Positions 47,801-58,096 of a DNA stretch of 64,000 bases are shown here, piece after piece. The position numbers and the translations under genes were made by a program. Source of the DNA: Rhynchopus sp. YZ270_cl-10 (Eukaryota); NCBI GenBank assembly GCA_964035575.1, contig OZ037842.1:806001-870000 (forward strand). The letters run 5' to 3'. Under the pieces are notes generated by a model that saw only the letters and a list, made by a program, of their open reading frames with translations, made no database searches and had not been told where the DNA came from. Positions within the stretch are counted from its first letter, which is position 1; the number at the start of each line of letters is the position of its first letter.

Positions 47801-48993
47801 TGTGTATGCTTGCGCAGCTGGTCACGTCGCTCGTTGGGTAGGGACGTCTGCGACTTTGCTAAGCGTTCCCTCCGCATCTCCTTCCCACGCGCCATGTCCT
47901 CGTGGTCCTTGAAGAGCCTCTCGTGCACGTCCATCGCAACTCTCGCCTCAAGCACCTCGTTCCCCATGGTGGCAGTGTGGTGGTTGATCACGGGGACGGG
48001 GTTCCCCTTCGGTGGGTGCTGCAGTGTTGGAATGGGTTTCGAGAGACGGCGCCAGAGGCTTGTGTCCGTCTCGCCTGTGCGCAGCAGACGCTCCTCTGCC
48101 AGCTGCCGACTTCTCTTTCCTATCACAGGTTCGCAGGTGGTGTCCAGGTCTGGTGTCACGTTCAGGCCAGCGGGGTTGTGTTGCTGCTGCTGCTGCTGCG
48201 ACTGCCCCTTCGCAGGATGCGCTGTGAGGCGCTCCCAGTGCGAGATGCCCGAACGCTGGACGTGCTGCTCGGACAGCTGTCTGCTTGCAGAGGAGAGGAA
48301 GCCTCCGGGAAGGCACTTCCGTATCGTGTCGACCTCCTTCGGGTGGTCACGCAAGTATGTCGACAGCTCGGCGTTGCTCCACGACGAAGACGGCGCCCCG
48401 TGTGGGTAGGAGCGCTCCTTGATGTGCTTGTGCCGCAGGGAGTACAGGCGCTCGCCAGCAGGCCCGTTGCGCTGCAGTGTCGCTGCCTTCCCTGTGATCT
48501 CTGGGTGGTGCGCGTGTGTGTCCGCAAGGATCTCGTGCATGTCCTGCCACGCAGCTGTGCGGTGCTGCTTCTGCTGCTTCACAGCGTGGTGCAGCGACAT
48601 CCGTTCCACAAAGTGCGGCCACGCCCCCTCCTCCAGCAGCTTCTCAATCGTCGCCTTCGAATGCTTGCTGATGCGGGGCTGCCCACGCACCCCACGGCTC
48701 GACACCTTCTCCCTGTCCACACGAAGCTTCTGCACCTTCTTCTCCTTCGACCGCTTCCATTCCTGCCCACGGTTGTACATCTCGCTCTGCGACGCTCCCT
48801 CAAAAAGCTCAGGGTGCGACTCAAGCAGACCTGCCAACTGAAACAACGCATCCTCCTTTGCCAAGGCCGCTAACTCTGCTTCGCGTGTCTCATCCGCCGT
48901 CAGCTCCTCGTCTGTCGCAGCACGGGCAGCCTCTGTGCTTGCCCACAGCTCCTCCACCAGTGTGTCCAAACTTTTAGCATCACTATCAGACAT
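44842..48993 (-). CDS. Large low-complexity/coiled-coil protein (~1383 aa), possibly cytoskeletal or flagellar
   Basis: Long GC-rich ORF; recurring PxI(S/T/N)xxS and ERL(Y/F/T) motifs in the N-terminal third, then Ser/Pro/Arg-rich disorder. First ATG at 48993. Confidence 0.8.
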   Translation of the reverse strand: MSDSDAKSLDTLVEELWASTEAARAATDEELTADETREAELAALAKEDALFQLAGLLESHPELFEGASQSEMYNRGQEWKRSKEKKVQKLRVDREKVSSRGVRGQPRISKHSKATIEKLLEEGAWPHFVERMSLHHAVKQQKQHRTAAWQDMHEILADTHAHHPEITGKAATLQRNGPAGERLYSLRHKHIKERSYPHGAPSSSWSNAELSTYLRDHPKEVDTIRKCLPGGFLSSASRQLSEQHVQRSGISHWERLTAHPAKGQSQQQQQQHNPAGLNVTPDLDTTCEPVIGKRSRQLAEERLLRTGETDTSLWRRLSKPIPTLQHPPKGNPVPVINHHTATMGNEVLEARVAMDVHERLFKDHEDMARGKEMRRERLAKSQTSLPNERRDQLRKHTQHIVTSGDISTRSREWTANAEKRREQLRDEQRKREDEELLFKPDLKGARSMSVDKKKEKEEQREKDRAATQERRRGASSHRRRNSPSRTTSPQPTPRGNVSFASQNSSIVVGPASATATAPAAMPAASAATSSLSLDTATPTTTPRRSSNGQKKRHPSPPSPAQLRGHKDVSFESGYSDGRYSVGKGSPTRSHSRSRSRSQASERSEMDFPVDTPSDGVLEMSTSGIMSALAKRQDEGRRRRNQEAVHVTYGSPLSPRSPQSAHSRGSQKSITSPRSVQSDGSPRLVVEMHEDFDFTDFVPDVVQNVEREARHSRLDRDNTEQAKDLASSILRQLDEQHGKKLSTPRRSPEQRHTADYYEVDTDVSVGHSVSPSSAAKLRVEQVVRTPKSGAQIHIHQGRSPSPVDMYNSAVAGAQHVEGWAVPRVSHDMVLPSTPMRQVGDSGVLVEGEADGGGEDALEQTVQQHHRHHHQHQQQRSGYATGLEAVGSKSATDRQHIERKRGAEQARQREEGHGVHAQRQHPRHQSPVQTTRPGALKNHTHTSYAAVHHHPEEAHHGLHGAEHTEGPLYTGQAYEPMPPRASDATVYTTQRGAALQKRTNSPSPTRPTRPRSASPPPPQGRDRRQPHAQPGKRSFIPTARPSQPVSLRAGSPSKRRAAAPAARTRHTTHTASANVGADEFLSSPGEHPHASGTLTGTPFSYKTFSSNATPASGSTREYQSTQMASPAWPGEAQGTLLPSPPPPPPRGAHHAVRVQETVAMDENFVDADGMVRLLSMGKQRRLPVASARQQKEQLHKLRTVPRKQAPTTSLDERAVVLPEAASIDDEDAAEISKALLSLPTQEAKGKKAPPRRRELVGLDAVARFLGHDISMSDGEDTSREEILHDGSFESLNEHIHAEVERAVRNTSATGVTLNTGPLRAATTHPHSSSPSRSALEHPEWDASEGLALGEEEQASLIHMLEGDAPKALPRGGRPFVVTGSPPRCR

Positions 48994-49348
48994 GTGGGTA
49001 GTGTACTTCTGGGTGGTGTCATCATCCAAACCACTCCACCAGCAGCAGGTCCCTCCCAGAGCAGCTACCCACTACCCACACTACCCACTACTCCACCACG
49101 CTCCTCCGAGCCTGGACACTGTACACTGCACCCCACCACACAGATGCTAACCCCACCACACAGATACCAACGCGATGACTGACGTCAACGTGTGGCATGC
49201 AACCCAAAGCGGCTAAGACAGCAAGGCACACCACGCAGCATCAGTAACACTGAAGCCTGGTAGTGCCACCCACCCTCCCATCACGCACGTCACCCAACCC
49301 AGACAGCGCTCCTCATGACCTCAAACACTGACCCCAACCCGAACCCCT

Positions 49349-49718
49349 GAGCCTGAGCCACCCACCCCCATCAGGAATGTGACCATGTGACAGACAGCAT
49401 GTCATCAACCGCTGTGTCCAGTGTTCATCAAGGTGTGCTCAGCAGAGTGTGCAGGCAGGCATGCAGAGAATAAGCCCTCTTGAGGTTGCAATGCGCACAT
49501 TGCAGGCTCCATGACTGTGATCCAAAGAGACAGCACGCACACCTGCCTGCGCACCTTCACGAAGAAGGGCACTGCCACACGGCAGCTCTCCTCTGGAGAT
49601 GGCAGGGGCGCACAGCTCTGTGAACACTGAGGGACTTTACCCAAAAGACTGCGTAGGGTGCATGTCTTCTGCGGAGCCTTCTGCAGCCGTCGCCACAACT
49701 CTATTTCATCATTGCACG
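49349..49718. repeat. 370-bp direct repeat, copy 2
   Basis: Matches 36196-36565. Confidence 0.95.
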
Positions 49719-52540
49719 GTCTTCTTTCAGCACACGTCTTCCCCCACCCCACCCCACCCCACCCCTCTACCAACCCACTCTCCGCACAAACTAACAACTC
49801 TGGCATCCTTCTCATCTCATCCCATCCTCTCCTCTCCTCTCCTCTCCTTCCCTCAACGTTCATCGTCCAAACCACCTGCACACTTCGTGCACATTGAACT
49901 CAGCACAACAACTCAGATCAGACATCCCTTCCCAAACCCCACCCCACCCAACTCAGCCGTGCATGCTTTGGTTCAGCAAAGCAGCAGTCATTCACCCTGA
50001 CACGCTCCATCCGTGTGAGGGAAGTGCTGTTCTTGAGTGATGGACCACAACTTCTGAAAGCATGCTTGCGAGACACACATGCACCAATGTGCGTGTGGTC
50101 GTGCCATGCGCTGCAACAGACCCACCTGAGCAAACCTCACCACCACATGCAACGTGCTTCCGCCATCGGGCGACATGCAAGACTGAGACTGAGCAGCCAG
50201 TGCTGCAGCGTTGCTGCACCAAGAACTGCTCCATCCAAGCACGGCACACCGCCAGCAGGCTGAGACCTGAGGCTGTTGGGCAGCACTGCTGCCACCGTGC
50301 AACACAAGACCAGCACACCTTCCCCTCCCACACCCTCCCCTCTTCAAGCACAGATCCTCATCACCCTTTCGCAAGCTTCTCGCCAGACTCCAAATCATGC
50401 TGAATCAACGATGTTGAATCAACGAACATCCACCCCACCCCATGCACCCCACCCCACCCACAATCGTTCTGATGCTGCTGCACCCTCGAAAGAGAGGATT
50501 TCAAATATAAGACCTACCTGCACTGCTGCTATCATGCCTGACCCGATTCCCACATGCACACAGTACAGACTTAACCCCACAATGGAGGCAGAGGTGAGCC
50601 ACAGTCCACAACCCACTCCACCTCTACATCCACCTCTACATCCCCAACCACCAGCTAGAGGAAAACGCCAACCGGCCTCTGGCAGCCACAAAAATAACAA
50701 GGGGACTTGATATCTTGAGAAGGCATTACAATATGGATTGCGATGCGTTCGACTGACAGAGCGGGAAGGTGAGTCCATAAGACATGGAGCGGCACATACA
50801 GACACCTCAGCTGACGAGCACACTCAACAGACGACGAAAACCGACGGGAAAAAAAAGTGGGGTGGATGGGTGGTGGGGATCGTTTTAGTCTGAGCGGGCC
50901 CTTGCCACACGTTTTTTTTTTTGTCGTTAGTTTTGTTGCATCGACGGTTTTTTTTTTCTTTTTGTTGTGCTTATTTATAGAAATTCGTTTCAAAATATAC
51001 CTCCCCCCCTGCCCGGTGACCCTTGTTTTTGTGTGTGTGTTTTTTTTTTTTTTTGTTTTTTTTTTTTGAAAACTTTTTTTACCATTCCTTTTAGGGAACG
51101 GAGGATCGTGTTCTCCCCGCCTCCCCTCGCTTCACTCCTGAAAACAAAGAAAAGAGACGAAGGGTTTCTGCACATAAAACGATCACATTTCCGTCTTTAT
51201 GTTCTCTGTGAAAAATCAAACATCCTCACAAGGTGGCGTCAAACAACTTTTTTTTTTTGCTTTTAATGTGCTGAGAGAATCCATAAGTGAATACGCCTTG
51301 CATGAAACAGAGGATGACCAAAAAAAAAAAAAATGTAAAATGAATGTGGCTCTCTAGCACACATCTTCGAGTGGTATCCAGCATTAAAAAAAAAAAAACG
51401 AAGCCAATAAAGACGTAACAAACGTACAGGAACTGACACAAAAAAAAGGGGGATTTTTTTTCTCCAGTAATACACCAAGGATAGTTTATAAATGGTGCGG
51501 ACGGGTATTGAAGGTGATTCACTTCCAACTGTACGTAGGGGAGGATGGGTGCGTGAGCCAACCTGGAGTGAGACAAGCACTCGAAAACATCATAATATAA
51601 TATTATTACCAAGGTTTCCTACTGCTTTTGCGCACATTAATCGGAGGCTCGTGTACGTCTAGCCGCTTTTTCGATTTTAACAAAAAGAATAATTGCAATT
51701 GAACTCAAGCTTCGCATTGCTTCTTAGGCACCTTACAAAAGAGCCGAAGAAAAAAAAATTGACATATGAACATTCTGTATCAAAGGTGGTATAGTGGAGC
51801 TCATCCTTGGGTGCCTACACTATACAACCAAATTTACGGGGACAAAAGCATTGGGTAGATGTAAAAAGAAAGCGAAGTGGGGTGAAAACGCCTCTACGGA
51901 CGCAGACATCGAAACTCGAAAGGGAAAGAAAGAGATCCTTGAACATTCTACGGAAGGGGGTTTGAAAGTTTGTTTTGTTTTTAAGAAGGGGGTGGGCACT
52001 TCGTGGGCTGCCCTTGGGGGAGGTTAGATGCTTGCTTCAAAACGCATTATTTTGTTTCAACGGGTGTGACAGTTGTTTGGTAATCCACATTTTCTCTCAT
52101 TTCTCTCGGCAATAGTCCTAATCGGTCAAATGACCCACTGGACGCGGTTTTTTGACCGATACTCAAGTTGGCTATAAAACCTGAAACTGAAGGTAACATT
52201 GGTTAAAAAGAATAAAATTTTGAATGATGAATGCGGTCGTGCACAAAAAGCAAAAGAAAAAAGAGGGGGGAGGAAAATGGCAGGATGAACCTAAGCCTCG
52301 CTTGCATAGTCACTTTATTAAAAAAGAGATTTCATCACAATAGATAGTCAACATCCAAAGACACTGCCCCATCATTATTTATTCGTTCGCTCTGATCCCT
52401 CTCCCCTTCTGTGGTAAAAACATCTTCCTCATCCGTTGAATATTTGGGTTCAAAATTTGCATCAACGGCGGGCAAAAAAAAAAAAAAAAAAAATGAATTG
52501 TAGTACTTGGGTCCCCTTCTTATGATTCTGTCCCAAGGGC

Positions 52541-55126
52541 TTACTGGTACACTCCTTCAAACAGTTTTGCATAGCAAGGAGTGCCAGGCACACCAAAGTG
52601 ATGGTGTGCTTGCCCATCGGTGCCACAGTCTTGCAGACAAAGCCAGCAGAACCCTGCACCGCAGACACACCTGACGGCATTGCACCCAGTGCTCTTGTCG
52701 ACCTTTAACTTGCAGCGGGGGCAGGCACGCATGGAGTCGAGGAACTGCTTCGTCTTCCAATCCGACTCAGAGAGGACGTGGTTCTTCGCCTCCTCACAGG
52801 TCATCGCCTTCTCCACGTGGTTCGTGTTTTGGCAGTCCGTGCAGCTCTCATGTTTGCACTCGACGCAGGTAAAGAAGCCGTTCTTGATGGGCAGAATGCC
52901 TGTACAGTCGGGCGTGGTGCAGCTCCGCCCAGCAGAAGGGTTCTTGGCAAGGTAGGAGCGCAGGGCAGGCTGCACCAGGTCGTCCTCTGCACGACCTGTG
53001 AGGCTGAGGATGTCTTTGATGTCGTGCAGCTTCACGACGTTGTTGTTCGTGCACCCGGGGCATGTGAGGGGGAAGGCGTTGTTGAGCACCGCGTAATCGA
53101 TCCACTGCGCGATGCACCCCTTGCACACAGAGTGGTTGCTGCCGCATGAGATTGTGAACTGCGCGAGCTCCACGTCTCGGCACACAGCGCATGCGTTACC
53201 CTCCAGTTTCTTCATCTCGTAATCGACTTGGAGGATAGACTCGGCAATGCCCACAACACGCGTGCCGCGTGTGATGCCTGTGGACCGGCTGGCGTGGCAA
53301 GAGTGCTTCTTGGCGATATGCTCCACGTCACGCAACTCCTTCGCAAAGACCATGCCCACACGCGTGCGGTGGTTGTGGATGATGGTGCGCACCTTCTGCG
53401 CCACCTCCTCCTGCCTCCGCCCCACGCAGTAGATGCGTGTGTCGCTGCCCGTCCCGGTCACTGCCACAGAGCACTCCTCACCACGATACCGCAGGTCGTT
53501 CTCAACATCGTTCACATCTTTGCTCTTCATGCGCAGGATCAGGAGCAGGTTGTACTCAAACCCAAGGTCCTCGCACTCACTCGCCTCCTCTTGCGGACTG
53601 ATCACAACACCCTTGATGATGAACTCACGGATGTACTCGCCAATCTCCTCCATCGCAGCCTTGTTCACACCCTTGATACGCACCATGTACTGCCCAAAGC
53701 CGGCCTCAAGTGCGATCTGCAGCTTCATCGTCTCTGCCATCAGCTTCTTCAACTCCTCGAGACGTTCCCTGAAGTAGCCTTCCAACCGCTTTGCCTGTTG
53801 AAACGACATGGCGACAGGGATTGACAGACCGGTCTTTGTGATGTCCGGCGGGACGTGGCTCTTCTCCATCAGGTACGACCCGATGTAGATCGGCTCCTTC
53901 AGCAGCGCTGCTGCTGCGTCCGTACTCTCTAGGTGGAGCGTTCCGGTCACATCCCCGTTGAAGGTATCACGCACACCGCGGTAGGAGAGGATGCCTTTCC
54001 CTTCTAGGACGTTCATGAGGAGGTACCCTGTTGAGATTTGGGGTGACATGGCGGCGACATCCCAGGCGGGGGGGACGAGGGTGATGGTTTTGTCGGCTTT
54101 GTTTATTGTCATTTTTGTGCCGGAGGGGACGAGGAGGGAGTTTTCGATGAAGATGCCGCAGGGTGTGGGGCAGACGACCTTTGCGTAGGTACCCGCCTCT
54201 ATGTCAGCCTCCACCGCAGGGATGAGCTCGCGGAAGTTGTTATGGTCGTAGAGAATTCCTTTGGTGACAACACAGAGGTCGGGTGGACAGTGTAGCGCAG
54301 CGGGCGGGTGCAGCAGCAGCTCCTGAGCAGCGGAGAGCACCTTGCGTGCCTCTGCCAAATCGACGCGCATCATTCTGTGCACTCCAAGGAAGTCCTTCAC
54401 ACACACCGCAGATGCGAGCTGTGCCTTCTGCTTCTCTGTCAACCCCGTATGCGCTTTAATGCTTTCCCTCTCATGAAACTGCGATGTCGCGTACGTCCCA
54501 ACCAACTGCTGCATCGCCGCAATAATCACCTTTGGCGACTCAATCGCTTGAAACCGGATCGGCTTCGTATCAACAACAGAAAGCGTGAAATGCACATGAG
54601 AGGTCTCATCCTCATGCCAAAGAATCTTCTGCACATCATAACCATCATTGAGGAGAAGCCGTACTCTGCTGTTCGCAGCAACCTTCACTTCAAGAACCGG
54701 GTGTGCAATGAGCTTCTCCATCGCCTTTTTGCGTTTTTCTAGAAGATGTTTCGCCTCGGCTATGAACTCTGCATTGTCAGAAGCAAAACAGATGCAGTTG
54801 TTTTTGTTGTCATACTGCAACTCCCCAATGGCGTCGAGCTCGGTGCGCCAGCCTAGCGGACCTTTGCTCAGCTTTTCAAACATATTGAACGCCTTAGGAT
54901 CCATCTCCAGTCGGTACCGTTGCTTTCCATGACCTCCGCCTCCACCACGTCTATTGCCATGGCCACGTCGTCTGCTCTGATACCCTCCACTACTCCCACC
55001 TGAAGACCATGAGCCCCCACCCCCACCTCCACCCCACGACGCCGCTGCATCATCCGACCCCGCACGTTTAAACCCAAAGTCATAACTAAAATCGTTTTTC
55101 CCCCCAGCGCGGTGAGGGCTTCCCAT
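52541..55126 (-). CDS. RBR (RING1-IBR-RING2) E3 ubiquitin ligase with long N-terminal region (Gly/Arg-rich, possible KH-like folds)
   Basis: RING1 CAVC..CGSNHSVCKGC..CPGC; IBR CTTPDC..CVEC..CTDC..H..C; RING2 CPRC..GCNAVRCVCGAGFCWLC. Confidence 0.9.
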   Translation of the reverse strand: MGSPHRAGGKNDFSYDFGFKRAGSDDAAASWGGGGGGGSWSSGGSSGGYQSRRRGHGNRRGGGGGHGKQRYRLEMDPKAFNMFEKLSKGPLGWRTELDAIGELQYDNKNNCICFASDNAEFIAEAKHLLEKRKKAMEKLIAHPVLEVKVAANSRVRLLLNDGYDVQKILWHEDETSHVHFTLSVVDTKPIRFQAIESPKVIIAAMQQLVGTYATSQFHERESIKAHTGLTEKQKAQLASAVCVKDFLGVHRMMRVDLAEARKVLSAAQELLLHPPAALHCPPDLCVVTKGILYDHNNFRELIPAVEADIEAGTYAKVVCPTPCGIFIENSLLVPSGTKMTINKADKTITLVPPAWDVAAMSPQISTGYLLMNVLEGKGILSYRGVRDTFNGDVTGTLHLESTDAAAALLKEPIYIGSYLMEKSHVPPDITKTGLSIPVAMSFQQAKRLEGYFRERLEELKKLMAETMKLQIALEAGFGQYMVRIKGVNKAAMEEIGEYIREFIIKGVVISPQEEASECEDLGFEYNLLLILRMKSKDVNDVENDLRYRGEECSVAVTGTGSDTRIYCVGRRQEEVAQKVRTIIHNHRTRVGMVFAKELRDVEHIAKKHSCHASRSTGITRGTRVVGIAESILQVDYEMKKLEGNACAVCRDVELAQFTISCGSNHSVCKGCIAQWIDYAVLNNAFPLTCPGCTNNNVVKLHDIKDILSLTGRAEDDLVQPALRSYLAKNPSAGRSCTTPDCTGILPIKNGFFTCVECKHESCTDCQNTNHVEKAMTCEEAKNHVLSESDWKTKQFLDSMRACPRCKLKVDKSTGCNAVRCVCGAGFCWLCLQDCGTDGQAHHHFGVPGTPCYAKLFEGVYQ

Positions 55127-56459
55127 AACAAAAAAATTCAAATATTCGCCTTAGAAAAAAGGAAGAAAAAAAAAATGTCTTGAAAATACGCCCAGTGTAC
55201 TAAAAGAAATGAGAAAAAAATAAGAAGTTTCTACTGAAAATGCCTCGGACGGTACAGTAGAAAGGGGTAGGGGAGAGAAGAGAGGGAAAAAACACACGAA
55301 AAAAAAGGGGGGAAATCACCCCCCTTAAAAAAAGGCGAAAAGAAATGCGGACAGAGAAGGGGTAGTGTTTGTTATGTGTTTTTGTGTGTGTATGGTGTTG
55401 TCCTTGGGGTGTTGGAAAAAAGGGGTGAGGGGGGAAGAAGGGTAGAGTTCTAGGGGGAGTTCTAGAAAAGACAGGGAAGGGGGGAGTGTGTAGTGTTGGC
55501 TATCAGTGTTTTTCGCCTATTATTCTAAGGGGGGCGAGTGGTGTTGTTGTTTTTTTTTCAGCAGCAAAATTTTGTTTGGTTTTTTTAATACTATCATGGG
55601 ATAGTAATCACATTTTTTCACAGGATCCTTAAAAGAGCAAATAGAAGCAGCAGCAGCAAAAGAATGTTGACTTGAAATACAAAGCCCTCTCGTGACAGTG
55701 TACCTTGGTACATGACCGGCTTTTCCGGGAGTGGACACCCAACCATGCAGTCCTACATCCATTTCGTGGTTTACATCTAAAGAAAAGAAATGGATGCAAA
55801 GGTGCTAAGTCTTGCAATGATTAGCCACCTTAAAAAAAAATTCTGCTCCATTTTTTTTCTTTTGGTTCTTTTAGATTGAAAACCATTGAGCGATGTGGAC
55901 TCCGAATATTTTGTTTGAAATGTTTGTGGGAGAAAAAAAAACAGGAGGAAAAGAAAAAAATCCAAACAGAAAAGGATAAAAGGGTGTGTTGAAAACACAG
56001 ACACCCAAAAATTTGTTTATTCACTGCTCTGTAACACAGTTCACTTTTTTTTCTTCGACAAAATCGCCAAAGCCCCCACGTTGGGTGGGTAGCTAGGTGA
56101 TCATATTTTTCTTTTCTTTTCTTTTCTTTCTCTTGCAAAAGGGCAGCAAGGGGAACATTTTGACAAATTTAGACAGTCAACAAATTGATAACCTTACAGG
56201 AATGACAAAAAAAACCCTATCATTCAGTTGCATCGACAGTACCCCCACCTGAGGGGTAATATACTCAAAACGCTCCTCAAAGGGGCTGGGATGCTTACAG
56301 ACAGAGACCTCATTTTCCTTTGAACACACCTGTAAAGATTTGCACCTTTTTGGACAAGCAGAATCGAACAGAGATGTCAAGACCACCCTTATTTACTTAT
56401 ATATTACAACCTTTGGCAGATAGATCAAGGAAGACAGCAAAGCGATCATAGCACTTCAT

Positions 56460-57971
56460 TTAGCTCATGTAAACCGAGTCCATTTCTTCGGCGAGCATCT
56501 CTAAATCGTGTTTGTTTACAACTCCGTTGGAGAGGCGGATGGTAGGGAGGGTGTCGGGGAGGGCAGGTGGGAGGGCGCTGCATGAGGCAATGAATGCAAG
56601 CGTTTTGGTGATCTCAGAGACAGGCTCAGAGGGGAGGCAGACACTGCGGGAGTCTGGCGGGGTTGTAAAGAAAATGAAGTTGATGAGTCCTTGGAACAGC
56701 ACATTACACGCAACACAGACAAGCCCGACACGCAGTACAACCGCAAGCAGTTCCTTCCACATCGCAGCCTCGTCGCCACCACAGAACTTCACAGCAAGCG
56801 ACAGCGCCTCACTCTTCTCCAACCCTCCCAAGTAACCACTGAAGAACGACTCGCTTTTGTTGTCATCATAACGACGTGCCAAGCTCCGTGTTATACCTTG
56901 GAGAACGACCTGCTTCTTATCTCTCCAGATCGGGCTAGAGGAAGACCAGAAATGCCCTATCAACGGTCCCTTCGAATAGAACACAGACGAAGGATGTACG
57001 TTCTCTGCCAGCTCTCCTGTGTTGAAGTGTACAACGTAGCGTCCTGTGGTCGTGTTGAAGCCCTCTACTACTCCGGTGTACCAGCCCTCCCGTGCAGCGT
57101 CCGCTTCGCTGTACCAGACAGCGACGCGGAGGCCGACTTCGGTCTTTTCGTCTGCATTGAGGAGCCAGGGGATGACGTCGATGCCGTCTGCCTGCAGGGG
57201 GACACCGCTGCAGGCTGCCACGGCGGCGACAGAGCGGAGGAAGCGCCCACTCTCACGCCACACGTTCTTGACGTAGAATACCCACTCCCCCGCATTGAGA
57301 GACACCTGGATGCGCCCGCTCTTCGCCTCACCCTGCTCCAAGACAAGCGCCACCTCACGCACAAAGCCCTTCCACGTCCCGTTGCACATATAGCTCAGAC
57401 CCATCGCATCCAAACAGAGAATATGCTTGTCCTCATCAACAACCTCGCAAGAGACCACCGGCTGCAGGCCCATGGCAGTGTAGCATGCGGCCCGTGTGTC
57501 CTGGCACACACTCTCGTGGCTGTGTGTCGATGCAGACGCCCACCAAGCAAACTCACGCGAAGTGCGTCGTGTGGTCTGTGTCGTATCGAAGGGGTCGGTT
57601 CTGCGTGCAGCCTCGCTGATGTCCTTCATATGCAGCATGGCCTGTTTGTGCAGCTCCTTGACTTGGATGCAGCGGACGGAGGAAAGAAAGTCGCTTTTCC
57701 GTTCAGACGGCGCCTGAACGAGCTGCCGGGCACGTCCGATGGCGGAGGTGAAGTTGGAGCCTTCGTTGACAACACGTAGGATCGCATTATAAACTGTTGA
57801 AGACAGCTCTGCTGGGGTCGGTGGGTTCGCAGTCTGCATCACAGTCGCAAAGTCATGGAAGCTCTGGGCCGTCCTCCGCACATCAATAGAGAGACAGTTC
57901 TGTGGGTCACACATCACCGTCATCAAAACGTTTGTGTCCATTGCTTCGGTTCTGCGGGACACTTCTTCCAT
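56460..57971 (-). CDS. Hypothetical protein (503 aa) with a Tudor-like domain
   Basis: VGLRVAVWY..GWYTGVVEGFNTTTGRYVVHFNTGE resembles a Tudor/SH3-like barrel; long ORF with coding-like composition. Confidence 0.75.
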   Translation of the reverse strand: MEEVSRRTEAMDTNVLMTVMCDPQNCLSIDVRRTAQSFHDFATVMQTANPPTPAELSSTVYNAILRVVNEGSNFTSAIGRARQLVQAPSERKSDFLSSVRCIQVKELHKQAMLHMKDISEAARRTDPFDTTQTTRRTSREFAWWASASTHSHESVCQDTRAACYTAMGLQPVVSCEVVDEDKHILCLDAMGLSYMCNGTWKGFVREVALVLEQGEAKSGRIQVSLNAGEWVFYVKNVWRESGRFLRSVAAVAACSGVPLQADGIDVIPWLLNADEKTEVGLRVAVWYSEADAAREGWYTGVVEGFNTTTGRYVVHFNTGELAENVHPSSVFYSKGPLIGHFWSSSSPIWRDKKQVVLQGITRSLARRYDDNKSESFFSGYLGGLEKSEALSLAVKFCGGDEAAMWKELLAVVLRVGLVCVACNVLFQGLINFIFFTTPPDSRSVCLPSEPVSEITKTLAFIASCSALPPALPDTLPTIRLSNGVVNKHDLEMLAEEMDSVYMS

Positions 57972-58096
57972 CGCAGCGCCCTTCTCACGACCATCACTTG
58001 GAGTGTGTACAATCTTTTTTAATTTTTCCTTTTTGGTGAGGTAGGTGCTGAATTTCCGAAGGAAGAGGATTTCTTCAAAACAATATCTTTTTTTAA

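Noticed and set aside
36196..49718. LTR retrotransposon
   Set aside because: No gag/pol, TG..CA ends, PBS/PPT or TSD; the interior holds ordinary cellular genes.
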